NCBI GenBank assembly: GCA_963668315.1
Contig: OY764216.1
Span: 5,344,001 to 5,408,000 of the forward strand
DNA length: 64,000 nt
Direction: 5' to 3'
Origin: Spirochaetia bacterium
GTDB taxonomy: Bacteria > Spirochaetota > Spirochaetia > DSM-2461
The notes beneath the pieces were generated by a model. The model saw nothing but the letters and a program-made list of their open reading frames with translations, did no database searches and was not told the origin of the DNA. A program made the position numbers and the translations under genes. Below, piece by piece: positions 18,720-28,500 of the stretch (the first letter of the stretch is position 1; each line of letters starts with the position of its first letter).

Positions 18720-19855
18720 TTACCTGTGAACCATTGTTCATCTATTTCCATTAACAGAGCGGAAACCAATCTATCGACAGATTCCTTATTTGGAAATATC
18801 ATAGCCACCTTCGTTCTTCTTTTAATTTCCCTCATCTGACGTTCTGCCAGATTTGAAGTCCTTAACCTTCTCCAATGTGACTTTGGCATTTTAAAGATCG
18901 TGAGTGCTTCAGGAACATTCTGATCCATCCAACTGCTTAGTTCTGGCGCAGTTTTCTCATACTTCTTCACCGCCATAGAAAGAAAACGGTTAGCCTCCTC
19001 TCCATTGGGAGCGTTAAAAATGGTTCTTATATCCTCCGCGACCTCTTTATCCATACTTTTCTTTGGCACATGATGTCCCGCATTCTGTTGCAGATGGAAC
19101 TGGCACCGCTGCCAGGGAACTGTTGGAAAAACCGATTCTATTGCTGATCTCAGGCCGCTATGAGCATCGGAAGTTATCATCTTCACGCCATGGAGCCCCC
19201 GATCTACCAGACCGGAAAGAAAACCTCTCCAGTGTACATCGGCCTCACTGAGTTCTGTAGAAATACCCAATACTCGTCTCATCCCATTATTATCAACACC
19301 ATAGGCAATTAGAACGGCTGCAGAAACAACAGTTCTATTCACTCGAGCCTTCTCATAAGTGGCGTCAACGACAAGATAAGGAAAAGCTCCCAGAGGACGA
19401 TTACGCCATTTGGTGATCTCTTCATCAAGGAGAGCTGCCGCTTCTGAAACCTGGGATTGGGAAACTTCGAAGCCGCAGAGCTGTTCTACAATTTTGGTTA
19501 CTCTGCGAGTTGATACCCCCTGGATATACATCTGAGCTATTGCCATTTTCAACGCCCTTTCGCTGCGGCACCCTTTTTCAATGCTGCCAGGATAGAATTC
19601 CATCCCACGGACCTGCGGAATCTCGATAGGGATCTCACCTACACGAGTTCGAATCTTCCTGCTTTTGTACCCGTTTCTATGGCCAATGCGATCGTCATTC
19701 CGTTCATAATGACTGGCTTGGATTGCCTTCTCTTGCTCTAACCGCATAGATAAATTCATTATTGAACTTATGACCTTTGTTAATCCTTCTCTATTATCTG
19801 CCTGGAGGTCTTCAATCATTTGATCGAAAACGGTATAGTAATCCTCGTTAGTCAT
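18674..19855 (-). CDS. IS256 transposase of the outer copy, native C-terminus displaced by the inner IS
   Basis: Same motifs as the inner copy; reads WFTGK then IS-end-derived IVYNSVCKLIKKGA*; native tail RYLNMETD* sits at 17383-17410. Confidence 0.9.
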   Translation of the reverse strand: MTNEDYYTVFDQMIEDLQADNREGLTKVISSIMNLSMRLEQEKAIQASHYERNDDRIGHRNGYKSRKIRTRVGEIPIEIPQVRGMEFYPGSIEKGCRSERALKMAIAQMYIQGVSTRRVTKIVEQLCGFEVSQSQVSEAAALLDEEITKWRNRPLGAFPYLVVDATYEKARVNRTVVSAAVLIAYGVDNNGMRRVLGISTELSEADVHWRGFLSGLVDRGLHGVKMITSDAHSGLRSAIESVFPTVPWQRCQFHLQQNAGHHVPKKSMDKEVAEDIRTIFNAPNGEEANRFLSMAVKKYEKTAPELSSWMDQNVPEALTIFKMPKSHWRRLRTSNLAERQMREIKRRTKVAMIFPNKESVDRLVSALLMEIDEQWFTGKIVYNSVCKLIKKGA

Positions 19856-20170
19856 GATGCCTTCTTTTGTTTTTGGTCGAACTAATCGAAGACTGATTGG
19901 CTAACTTTTTCAAGCCCCCTTTATTTCTAATTTACAGACACTATTGTACACTATCTATGCTTCGGAGATCAGACGTTACAATATTCGTAATGAACTCAAT
20001 CAGATACTGTTATGACAAACTTCGAAAAATGTATGGTATAGATTTTCGATATTTAGTGGATAATAGGGAATTAAGTGGTAAGATTTACTTCTATTCTATT
20101 TTTCCCCTGTTGGAAAATCACATTTATAATGAACGCGTGGTATAATTTCTATAATAAAAGGCGAGGAAAC

Positions 20171-20683
20171 ATGACCATGGAAATTATATTGAGGATAAGA
20201 AATACTTCACTTTTACTTATTATTGCTGCAATTTCATCACCCTTCTTTTTATTTGCTGAAGATAACTATATTCCTGAAATAATGGTAAGAAGGGATTTTG
20301 GATTTGATTATTCTTTCTTTTGTGAAACAGCAATAGATGTATTAGACCATTATTCCCCAGAATGGAGTACTAACTACCCTCCCTCGTCCCCACTGATCGC
20401 CTCAATAAACTACCATACTGATGACACTACAGAGAAAATTATCATTGTTCTTTTTGAAGGTTTTGAAAGAGGTTTCGCAAATGTAATATTTCTTTTAGGC
20501 TGCAGAGAAGAAACGGAAAAAATTATAGAACTTGACCAATTAGATATAAGAGAAACTTTATTAATCGACTTCACTCTTGATGACGACTATACATATTTTG
20601 AAGAAAAAATACCTCAACTCATCCACAGCTATTACATGTACAATAAATATAGAGACCAGATTAATCGGGATGTGCAAACCTAA
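20171..20683 (+). CDS. AT-rich secreted hypothetical protein
   Basis: GAGG RBS; hydrophobic N-terminus ending FLFA-EDN; no recognisable domain. Confidence 0.6.
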   Translation: MTMEIILRIRNTSLLLIIAAISSPFFLFAEDNYIPEIMVRRDFGFDYSFFCETAIDVLDHYSPEWSTNYPPSSPLIASINYHTDDTTEKIIIVLFEGFERGFANVIFLLGCREETEKIIELDQLDIRETLLIDFTLDDDYTYFEEKIPQLIHSYYMYNKYRDQINRDVQT

Positions 20684-21177
20684 GGTTTGAAGCTGTAAAA
20701 GGATTCTCCGAACTAATTGTTATATTTTTAGAAAGCTCCCTCCTCTCATATAAATGATGTACCGAAACCATTTTCCCTATCAGAATACTCTCATGGGCGG
20801 GATACTTGCGATGATGGGATTTTACCGATTGGGGAATCTGAAAGCAGTAATGGGTAACCCGCCCCCGACCAGATAGAGAACTTATATAGCAAACTAACTA
20901 TATGAGTCTCTGTATAAGGCGCGATAAACATCACTTAAGAAAAATGATCGCCGCCCTATTCTGCAACATATCTGGAACGGGGAGGGATGGGAGCATCAAC
21001 CCCCCATCCCTGTTACGGGAATCATTAGTTGGGGAAGTTGAGACAGACACAAATTTGCTATATTTTCATTATAGTTTTGATATAGATATCTATATTTTTC
21101 ATAATCTATTTATATTTTCATAAATATAATGTATAATTAGCAATACAATTTGCTGATTCTAATACAAGGAGTATGAA

Positions 21178-22065
21178 ATGAAAATAGGATTTATTGGTCT
21201 TGGTATCATGGGTAAACCCATGGCACATAATCTGATTAAAGCGGGATATGATCTGGTAGTGAACAACCGAAGTCAGGCTGCGGTTGAAGAATTGTGCAAA
21301 GCCGGAGCTGCCTCTGCGGCAACGGCCCGGGAAGTAGCCGAGCAGAGTGATATTATTTTTACGATGCTCCCCAACTCTCCCGATGTGGAAAAGGTCGTAA
21401 CCGATGAGAACGGAATCCTTAAGGGTATCCGGAAAGGAGCAATCTATGTAGATTTAAGCTCTATCGCTCCCCTCGTATCAAAAAGCCTGGCAGAAAAGAT
21501 AAGAGCGAAAGGGGCAGACATGCTGGACGCCCCCGTTTCCGGCGGAGAACCCAAGGCTATAGACGGAACTCTGGCTATCATGGCGGGGGGAAACGCGGAA
21601 TCATTCGAAAAAGTAAAACCGGTGATGGAGAAAATGGCGGCATCTGTGGCATTGACCGGCGAAGTGGGAAGCGGAAATACCACGAAGCTTGCCAACCAGA
21701 TTATCGTTGCCCTGAATATTGCCGCCGTCTCCGAGGCTTTCGTATTAGCAACGAAGGCCGGGGTGAATCCGGAAAGCGTATATAATGCCATTCGCGGCGG
21801 CTTGGCCGGAAGCACCGTTCTTGATGCGAAGGGCCCCATGATGATGAACCGTAATTTCGCCCCCGGCTTTCGGATTGAGCTGCATCAGAAAGATCTGCTG
21901 AATGCCATTGAAACGGCGAACGGACTGGATGTCCCCCTCCCCTTTACCAGCCAGGCACTCGAGGTACTCAAGGCTTTGAAAGTATCGGGCAGTGCGAAGG
22001 AAGATCATTCAGCCATTGTTAAATATTTCGAAAAGATTGCCGATGTGGAAGTGAAGAAAAACTAG
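21178..22065 (+). CDS. garR: 2-hydroxy-3-oxopropionate (tartronate semialdehyde) reductase
   Basis: MKIGFIGLGIMGKPMA, DAPVSGGEPKAIDGTL, KLANQIIVALNIAA, RGGLAGSTVLDAK, PGFRIELH. Confidence 0.93.
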   Translation: MKIGFIGLGIMGKPMAHNLIKAGYDLVVNNRSQAAVEELCKAGAASAATAREVAEQSDIIFTMLPNSPDVEKVVTDENGILKGIRKGAIYVDLSSIAPLVSKSLAEKIRAKGADMLDAPVSGGEPKAIDGTLAIMAGGNAESFEKVKPVMEKMAASVALTGEVGSGNTTKLANQIIVALNIAAVSEAFVLATKAGVNPESVYNAIRGGLAGSTVLDAKGPMMMNRNFAPGFRIELHQKDLLNAIETANGLDVPLPFTSQALEVLKALKVSGSAKEDHSAIVKYFEKIADVEVKKN

Positions 22066-22078
22066 ACCGCTATGACAT

Positions 22079-22113
22079 AAAAAAACCGGACAGCCGATGC
22101 TTCCGGTTTTTTT
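22079..22113. terminator. Bidirectional intrinsic terminator
   Basis: A-run CCGGA...TCCGG T-run between convergent garR and the dehydratase. Confidence 0.85.
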
Positions 22114-22130
22114 ATGCAGGACCAGTATTT

Positions 22131-23414
22131 CTACCAGTGATGATCAGCGAACGTCCAGCCGGGATTGACCTTCTGCATCTCCACTTCATCGTCACGGTCT
22201 TTGATTCCGCACCTGATATAATTCTGGTGCAGCTCCTCAAGCTTTTCATAATCCAGCTCGATACCGAGTCCCGGTTCATTGGAAACGCCCAGCGATCCAT
22301 CTTCAAAAACGATTCTGCCCCCCTTTATAACCTCTTCGGACTGCCAGGGGTAATGGGTGTCCATGGCATAAGCCATCTGGGGAACGGCTAATCCCAGGTG
22401 GGTCATGGCGGTAAGCGAGATTCCCAGGTGACTGTTAGAATGCATGGATAACTTGCGTCCGAAGACTTCACAGATCTTTCCCAGCTGCATGGAGGCGTCA
22501 AGTCCGCCCCAGACATGATGGTCGGAAAGGATAATATCCTCCGAACCCAGTTCTATCGCTCTGGGCAGTTCATCGAAAGAGGTCGTACACATATTGGTGG
22601 CAAGAGGTATGGTAACGGCTTTTTTCAGGGCCGCCATGGATTCCTGGGTTTTACAGGGATCCTCATAGTATTCAAGTATTCCCTCAAGCTGCTTTCCGTA
22701 GGCAATGGATGTTTCCAGAGACCAGATAGCGTTGGGATCGATTCTCAGGGGGACATCAGGACCAAAAGACCGGGCGAGCGCCTTAATGGTATCAACTTCC
22801 ACCTGGGGTTCGAAAACTCCCCCCTTAAGTTTAAGGGACTTAAACCCGAATTCCCTGCACATTTCACGAGCCTGGTAAACGACTCCTTCGGGATCGAGCG
22901 CCTCGGCTTCTTTTATCTTATGCCATCCCTTGGCATCCGGATTGCCCTTCATTCCGAATGGCCCGCCGGCTCCCTCATATTTATAGAAAAGGTAGGCAGA
23001 AAAATCCACCCTGTCCCTGACCCGGCCTCCGAGCAGATCCACCACCGGCTTGCCTACAGCCTTTCCGATTATGTCATACAGTGCCACATCGATGGCGCTG
23101 AACATTCTGATGGAAACCTTCTTGTTGGAATATCCCACAGTCAGGCTGTCCTTCACACTGCTGAATTCCCTGTCAATCGCGATCTTTATGGCATTCCGTT
23201 CAAAGGGATCCATACCGATGATTGTTTCCTTAACTTTCCCCAGAGACTCCAGAACCGACGAACCTCCCGCAATCTCTCCGATACCGCTGATTCCTTCATT
23301 CGTTTTTATCTCTATGATGATACGAAGCGCGTAAGGAGCGTGCAGACCGGCTGCGTTCAGAAGAGGAGGGTCTGTAAAGGCGATAGGTGTTACAATAACA
23401 TCTGTAATTTTCAT
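22131..23414 (-). CDS. gudD: Glucarate dehydratase family enzyme (enolase superfamily)
   Basis: DPPLLNAAGLHAP, FSAYLFYK, LKLKGGV, DPNAIW, EYYEDP, ATNM, MHSNSHLGISL, DTHYPW. Confidence 0.85.
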   Translation of the reverse strand: MKITDVIVTPIAFTDPPLLNAAGLHAPYALRIIIEIKTNEGISGIGEIAGGSSVLESLGKVKETIIGMDPFERNAIKIAIDREFSSVKDSLTVGYSNKKVSIRMFSAIDVALYDIIGKAVGKPVVDLLGGRVRDRVDFSAYLFYKYEGAGGPFGMKGNPDAKGWHKIKEAEALDPEGVVYQAREMCREFGFKSLKLKGGVFEPQVEVDTIKALARSFGPDVPLRIDPNAIWSLETSIAYGKQLEGILEYYEDPCKTQESMAALKKAVTIPLATNMCTTSFDELPRAIELGSEDIILSDHHVWGGLDASMQLGKICEVFGRKLSMHSNSHLGISLTAMTHLGLAVPQMAYAMDTHYPWQSEEVIKGGRIVFEDGSLGVSNEPGLGIELDYEKLEELHQNYIRCGIKDRDDEVEMQKVNPGWTFADHHW

Positions 23415-23428
23415 GATTTTATTTTCCT

Positions 23429-24289
23429 TTAACTTTTCACACCGCCGGCAGCCAATCCGCCGATCAGAAATTTCTGTAAAAACAAGAACAATACAACCAC
23501 AGGAAGAGCGCTGAAAACCGCGGCGGCCATCACACCGTTCCAGGGAGTGGCATCACCGGAGACAAGGGACAAGAATCCTATGGAGACGAGTTTCTTTGAT
23601 TCATCGGTGATGAAGCAGAGGGGATAAATAACATTGCTCCAGCCCACGATAAAGGAATAGGTCACGGTAGCCACGACTCCGGGCAGGGCCAGGGGCATCA
23701 TAATCTTCCAGACGGCCATGAGCTTATTGCATCCGTCCACCATGGCGGCTTCTTCCAGTTCCATGGGGAGAACACTGAAATAACTTCTCATCATCCAGAT
23801 GGAATAGGGCAAGGCGAAGGTACAGTAGACAATGATCAGAGATAATAAACTATTGTACAGCCCCAGTTTAATAACGATCATGAGAAGGGGGGTCGTCAGA
23901 ATCATCTGGGGAAACATATACACATACAGGATCCCCTGGGCGATATTGTCCCTCCCCTTATATTTGAACCGGGCAAGACTGTATCCGGCCAGAGAAGCGA
24001 TGATAATACTTATCGTCGAAGAGATAAGAACAACGATTATACTGTTGAACAGATACTTCTTGAATTTCAGTTGGGAGGCGTAATCCGTACCCTGCCATAC
24101 ATTCTTATAGGAAGAGAAATCCAGCTCCTCTATACCGAGCTTGACATCTCTGGTCATAATTTTATCCACCGATGTCAGAGAACTCTTAACCATCCAGTAA
24201 ATGGGGAAATCGATTAATATTATAGCGGCAATCAATACGATAAAGAAGATTACCCAGTTTACCTTTTTTTTCACTTTCCCGGTCGTCAT
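23429..24289 (-). CDS. Carbohydrate ABC transporter permease (MalG-type)
   Basis: AGYSLARF; EAA motif LEEAAMVDG; FLIGGLAAGGVK. Confidence 0.95.
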   Translation of the reverse strand: MTTGKVKKKVNWVIFFIVLIAAIILIDFPIYWMVKSSLTSVDKIMTRDVKLGIEELDFSSYKNVWQGTDYASQLKFKKYLFNSIIVVLISSTISIIIASLAGYSLARFKYKGRDNIAQGILYVYMFPQMILTTPLLMIVIKLGLYNSLLSLIIVYCTFALPYSIWMMRSYFSVLPMELEEAAMVDGCNKLMAVWKIMMPLALPGVVATVTYSFIVGWSNVIYPLCFITDESKKLVSIGFLSLVSGDATPWNGVMAAAVFSALPVVVLFLFLQKFLIGGLAAGGVKS

Positions 24290-25182
24290 CTCAGGTCATC
24301 CTTTTTTTGCATAATGGTGTGAATGTAAAGGAATACGGCCAGCATCAGAAGAATTGATACGGACATGGCCGCTCCTTTGTCATACTTCATATTGATAAAA
24401 GAGAACTCAAAAGCCAGAGTGTTCATAATGTGGGTTGAGCTGCCTCCGCGGGTGAGGAGCCAGATAACGTTAAATGCGTTGAAAGTCCATATGATACTCA
24501 GTATGATCGCCGTTTTGAGAACCCCCGCCAGGGAAGGAATCGTGATATGCAGGAAGCAGTGAATCCGGTTGGCACCCTCCACTTCGGCGGCTTCATAGAG
24601 ATCCTTGGGGATGGACTGGAGGCCTGCCAGGATCATCATCATCATCTGGGGATAGCCCATCCAGATTCCCACCATGAGAACGCAGAAGAGGGCCACTCCC
24701 TTTTCTCCGAGGAAGTTCATATAGGTGGAAATAAGACCCATACGGGACAGAATAATATTGATAACCCCGTACATGCCGTCGAACATCCAGTTCCAGGCGG
24801 TCAGACTCGCCGTAACGGGAACAATCCAGGGCAGCATCAGAAGGGCTCTGGCGATTCCCCTCCCCTTGAATTCCCTATTCAGCAGCATGGCGAGCCCCAT
24901 CCCAACGATGATCTTTCCGCAAGCTCCCACGATAGCATATATGAAGGTGTTCACCACGGACATAAGAAAACGGGAATCCGTATAGACACTGAAATAATTT
25001 TTCAACCCAACAAATTTGTGCCCCGGTTCAATTGGTCTCCAGCGAAAGAAACTCAAAGTGAGCGAATACAGTACGGGGAACGCCACGATAGCGATCAATA
25101 CCAGAAGAGCGGGAATAAGAAAATATTTACCGATTCGATTATCTTTCTCTTCTAACGATAATTTACTAATTGATTTAAACAT
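24286..25182 (-). CDS. Carbohydrate ABC transporter permease (MalF-type)
   Basis: FVGLKNY; LQSIPKDLYEAAEVEGA; WLLTRGG. Confidence 0.95.
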   Translation of the reverse strand: MFKSISKLSLEEKDNRIGKYFLIPALLVLIAIVAFPVLYSLTLSFFRWRPIEPGHKFVGLKNYFSVYTDSRFLMSVVNTFIYAIVGACGKIIVGMGLAMLLNREFKGRGIARALLMLPWIVPVTASLTAWNWMFDGMYGVINIILSRMGLISTYMNFLGEKGVALFCVLMVGIWMGYPQMMMMILAGLQSIPKDLYEAAEVEGANRIHCFLHITIPSLAGVLKTAIILSIIWTFNAFNVIWLLTRGGSSTHIMNTLAFEFSFINMKYDKGAAMSVSILLMLAVFLYIHTIMQKKDDLR

Positions 25183-25208
25183 AAAGTCCTCTGTTTTAAA
25201 AAGGGAGA

Positions 25209-25246
25209 GCCGCCTTAATTCCGAATCGGATTCTCATTAAGACGGC
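25209..25246 (-). promoter_or_regulatory. Intercistronic stem-loop after the solute-binding gene (possible mRNA stabiliser)
   Basis: GCCG..TTAAT..GAATC G GATTC..ATTAA..CGGC nested inverted repeat. Confidence 0.45.
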
Positions 25247-25265
25247 ACAGAATAAAAACGCTTTA

Positions 25266-26594
25266 TCAGTCGTTAAGAGCTTCTTCCACTTTTTCAGCCA
25301 TTTCAGCCGCTACTTTTTCAGCGCTCCAGTTTTCAACAGCGATTCTGGCAAGCGCATCATCGAATATGAATGAACTGTAAAGAGCGTTAAGCTTCGCATT
25401 CGGCTCGCTCTGGTAGGAGATTCCCACAGCCTTCATGGAATCCTGCATCATAACCTTCTGATTATCGTCGAGATTACTGAAGAGATCGTTTGCCATGACG
25501 TCCTTTTTAAGAGGACTGTAGTATCCGAATCCCATAATCTCAAACATGGAAACCTGGGTCTCCGCCTTGAGAAGGTATTTAGCAAATGCCTTGGAAGCAC
25601 TGTTATCTTTCTTGTTGAAAAGAGTGATCGACTCGGGACCGGCTCCCATATATGCTCCGGCGGGGCCGGCAGGAAAGGGAATAACCATCAGATTTTCGGG
25701 CTTTGTTCCGGTAGTGTCGTTAAGCTTACCCATTATACTGTTGGAGTTGTAAACCATACCGATGTCTCCGCCGATAAAAAACTGATTGTTCGATCCGCCG
25801 TCCCATGTAGTTGCCGCTCTGGGAACAACGCCGCTGTCCCAAACCGCTTTTACATAGTTCAGTGCATCAATCGCCTCAGGCGTGTTAACGCCGACATTAC
25901 CCTTGGCATCGACCAGACCGGCGCCGTAACAGGCCATCACACTGAAGAGATAGCTGGCGGAGTCGCCGAAACCTTTCCGGCTGTAGGGAAAACCCATTCC
26001 ATATTTTCCGTTTGCCGGATCATTGATCTTTTTGGCAGCGGCAAGAAGATCTTCCCAGGTTTTCAGACCTTCATAGTAGTAGATACCATTGCTGTCGGTC
26101 TTCAGCTCCGTATCGTAACCGGCGGCGGCCAGCCAGTCTTTTCTGGCATGGAGAGCGGCAGGTCGGACAAAGAGGGGGATTTCAAGAAGGTCTCCGTTCA
26201 TGGTAAACATCTTGAGAGTTCCCTCTCCGAACTGATCCCTTCCTACTTCATTTACAATATCATCCACGGGAAGTACAGAGCCGGTTGCGCTGAACTCAAT
26301 ACCGGGGCTGCTGTTCCAGATAATCATATCGGGATAAATCCCTGCCGAAATACTGGTTACGAGCTTCGTATGAAAATCATTCGTCGGGATTCTCACATAG
26401 TTAACAGTAATTCCCGTCTCACTCTCAAAATTCGCACCGACAGTGTCGAATGCCTTGATAATTGTTTCCACCGGACTGTTGATCATCCATACCTCAACAG
26501 ATGTCGGGGCGGAGGCACTTTCCTGATTTCCTTCTGCAAAGGCAAAAGAAACGGATACCAGAAGTGCAAAAACAAAAAATCTCATTTTTCCCAT
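25266..26594 (-). CDS. ABC transporter sugar/sugar-acid substrate-binding protein (SBP family 1)
   Basis: Signal peptide ...FAFAEGNQE; FESETGITV, AGIYPD, TWEDLLAAAKKI, PFPAGP. Confidence 0.9.
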   Translation of the reverse strand: MGKMRFFVFALLVSVSFAFAEGNQESASAPTSVEVWMINSPVETIIKAFDTVGANFESETGITVNYVRIPTNDFHTKLVTSISAGIYPDMIIWNSSPGIEFSATGSVLPVDDIVNEVGRDQFGEGTLKMFTMNGDLLEIPLFVRPAALHARKDWLAAAGYDTELKTDSNGIYYYEGLKTWEDLLAAAKKINDPANGKYGMGFPYSRKGFGDSASYLFSVMACYGAGLVDAKGNVGVNTPEAIDALNYVKAVWDSGVVPRAATTWDGGSNNQFFIGGDIGMVYNSNSIMGKLNDTTGTKPENLMVIPFPAGPAGAYMGAGPESITLFNKKDNSASKAFAKYLLKAETQVSMFEIMGFGYYSPLKKDVMANDLFSNLDDNQKVMMQDSMKAVGISYQSEPNAKLNALYSSFIFDDALARIAVENWSAEKVAAEMAEKVEEALND

Positions 26595-26735
26595 ATAGCA
26601 TACTCCTTAAGTTTTTAATTCCCGGAAACCGTTCGGATTATATAGGATTCCCGGAATCTTGACTTTCCCTACTATAATCCCAACTTTCTCAGTTGTCTAC
26701 TGTTATTATATTTTTTTTCATTATTTTTGTTTTTT

Positions 26736-26754
26736 TATAATGTTGTTATATTTT
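26736..26754. promoter_or_regulatory. Candidate IclR operator (TATAA-N5-TTATATTTT); second copy at 27692-27710
   Basis: TATAATGTTGTTATATTTT and TATAATATTGTTATATTTT differ at one position; half-site copies at 20717 and near 21055. Confidence 0.5.
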
Positions 26755-26817
26755 CAAGTTGACATTTCATGTTTTCCACAGTTAATATTATATTATATAG
26801 TATAAAAAGAGGCTATT

Positions 26818-27696
26818 ATGGATATAAAAGGAATTATCCCTGCGGTTATTACACCATTTACAGATGATGGAAAGATAAATTACAATGAATTCGCCCGTTT
26901 ACTGGAATTTCTATTCAGCGCCGGCGTTGACGGCGCCTTTATTTCCGGGAATGCGGGAGAATTTTACTCTCTGAACTTTGATGAAAAAATTGAACTGCTG
27001 AGAACGGCCAAGAAAGTTTCGGGCAATAATAAAAGTATCTATTTCGGTTCCGGATGTATAACGACTAATGAATCGGTTATGACCACGCAGATGGCCGAAG
27101 CCGAAGGGGCCGATGCGGTTTCCGTCATAACACCCTACCTGATCAAGCCTAATGAAGATGAATTATTCTTCCATTATAAAACCATTTCAGACGCCACTTC
27201 CCTGCCCACTCTCATCTACAACAATCCGGCGGTAACCGGCGTACCGGTGACAATAGGACTGATGAACCGTCTGATTGAAATCGAAAATATTAAAGGAATT
27301 AAGGACTCTTCCGGTGACTTTGCCCTGACTATTGAATTTCTCAGAATAAAGAAACCCGGTTTTTCCGTTCTGGCCGGCAGGGATGGGCTCATCCTTTCGA
27401 CCCTGGTCCACGGAGGCTCGGGAGCCATTTCATCCATAGCTTCAGCCTGTCCGGAAATAGCGGTGGGAATATACCGGGCATACAGGGAGGGGGACATGGA
27501 AAGAGCCGTTGATCTCCAATTCCGACTGGCAGAGCTTCGCCAGCTTTTTTCCAGGGGAACCTTTCCCTCCATCGTGAAAGAAGCACTGGAGATGAGGGGG
27601 ATCAAAGCAGGTAAACCAAGGGATCCGATCTTTCCTCTGCAGGAAAGATACAAGAAAGAGCTTGAAAAAATGGTCAGGGATGTACAAAACATATAA
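26818..27696 (+). CDS. DHDPS/NAL-family class I aldolase or dehydratase (probable keto-deoxy-sugar-acid aldolase)
   Basis: GIIPAVITPF, GNAGE, YNNP..TG, Schiff-base GIKDSSGD; sits in the glucarate cluster. Confidence 0.88.
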   Translation: MDIKGIIPAVITPFTDDGKINYNEFARLLEFLFSAGVDGAFISGNAGEFYSLNFDEKIELLRTAKKVSGNNKSIYFGSGCITTNESVMTTQMAEAEGADAVSVITPYLIKPNEDELFFHYKTISDATSLPTLIYNNPAVTGVPVTIGLMNRLIEIENIKGIKDSSGDFALTIEFLRIKKPGFSVLAGRDGLILSTLVHGGSGAISSIASACPEIAVGIYRAYREGDMERAVDLQFRLAELRQLFSRGTFPSIVKEALEMRGIKAGKPRDPIFPLQERYKKELEKMVRDVQNI

Positions 27697-27717
27697 TATT
27701 GTTATATTTTAATAAAT

Positions 27718-28500
27718 ATGGAAGAAAGCGATAAATACAATGTAAAAGCAGTGGAACGCTGCTTTCAAGTTCTCGATCTGGCGACAGAATTAGAAGGACC
27801 TCTCTCGATACAGGATGTCTGCAACAGTTTGAATATTAATTCCAATATGACTTTCCGCTTACTGACGACCATGACCAATTCCGGTTATCTCGTCAAAGAC
27901 GAAAGCAGCGGAAAATATTCCATATCCCTCAAGGTCCTTCAGCTTTCAAGAAAATCGCTGTCTTCCTTGGAAATAAGAAGAATAGCCATGCCCTATCTCG
28001 AGCTGTTGTGGAGTCAGTATCCCAAGGCCAATCTGAATCTGGCTGTCTTCAACGAGGGGGAAATCCTCGTTGTAGACAGGATAGACAGCCAGAGTCTGCC
28101 CAGGACATACTTCACTCCCGGCAAAACTCTCCCGTTTCACTGTACCGGCATGGGAAAGATCCTGACCTGCGAACTGCCGGAACAGGAAATCGACTCTCTA
28201 ATTAAAAAGAACGGATTGAAGGTTTATACGCCGCAGACGATTTCTAACAAAGAGGACCTTATGGTGGAGCTGGAGAAAGTAAGGACGGAACAGCTGGCAC
28301 GGGACAGGGTGGAGTTCATTTTGAATGACAACTGCAACGCCGCCCCCATAAGGGATAAAAGCGGTAGGATAATCGCAGGCATAAGCCTTTCTGCGTTCGA
28401 GAACTATATGTCGGTGGACGAAGTTGAAGCTACCGCGGGCATGCTTCAGGACACGGCAAGGAAAATATCCTATTTCATGGGCGATAACAACTGGCAATAG
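27718..28500 (+). CDS. IclR-family transcriptional regulator
   Basis: VKAVERCFQVL HTH region; PFHCTGMGK, YTPQTI, AAPIRD..G. Confidence 0.93.
   Translation: MEESDKYNVKAVERCFQVLDLATELEGPLSIQDVCNSLNINSNMTFRLLTTMTNSGYLVKDESSGKYSISLKVLQLSRKSLSSLEIRRIAMPYLELLWSQYPKANLNLAVFNEGEILVVDRIDSQSLPRTYFTPGKTLPFHCTGMGKILTCELPEQEIDSLIKKNGLKVYTPQTISNKEDLMVELEKVRTEQLARDRVEFILNDNCNAAPIRDKSGRIIAGISLSAFENYMSVDEVEATAGMLQDTARKISYFMGDNNWQ

Larger units (their letters stand above)
17347..19955 (-). mobile_element. IS256-family element (outer copy, 1300 bp once the inner copy is removed)
   Basis: Imperfect terminal IRs GATAG...TGTCTGTAAA at both ends; 8-bp TSD TATGCTTC at 17339-17346 and 19956-19963. Confidence 0.92.
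16853..20015 (+). pseudogene. Nitroreductase family gene interrupted by IS256 (16853-17346 joined to 19964-20015)
   Basis: KKRRSIRQF, APSGKNRQPW; removing the IS and one TATGCTTC copy restores ...AIGYASEIRRYNIRNELNQILL*. Confidence 0.9.

Noticed and set aside
20960..21020. Group II intron domain V/VI remnant
   Set aside because: There is a hairpin, but no recognisable domain V with the AGC/CGC triad and no RT ORF
26818..27696. Annotation as dapA (lysine biosynthesis)
   Set aside because: GNAGE motif and sugar-acid catabolic context argue against true DapA
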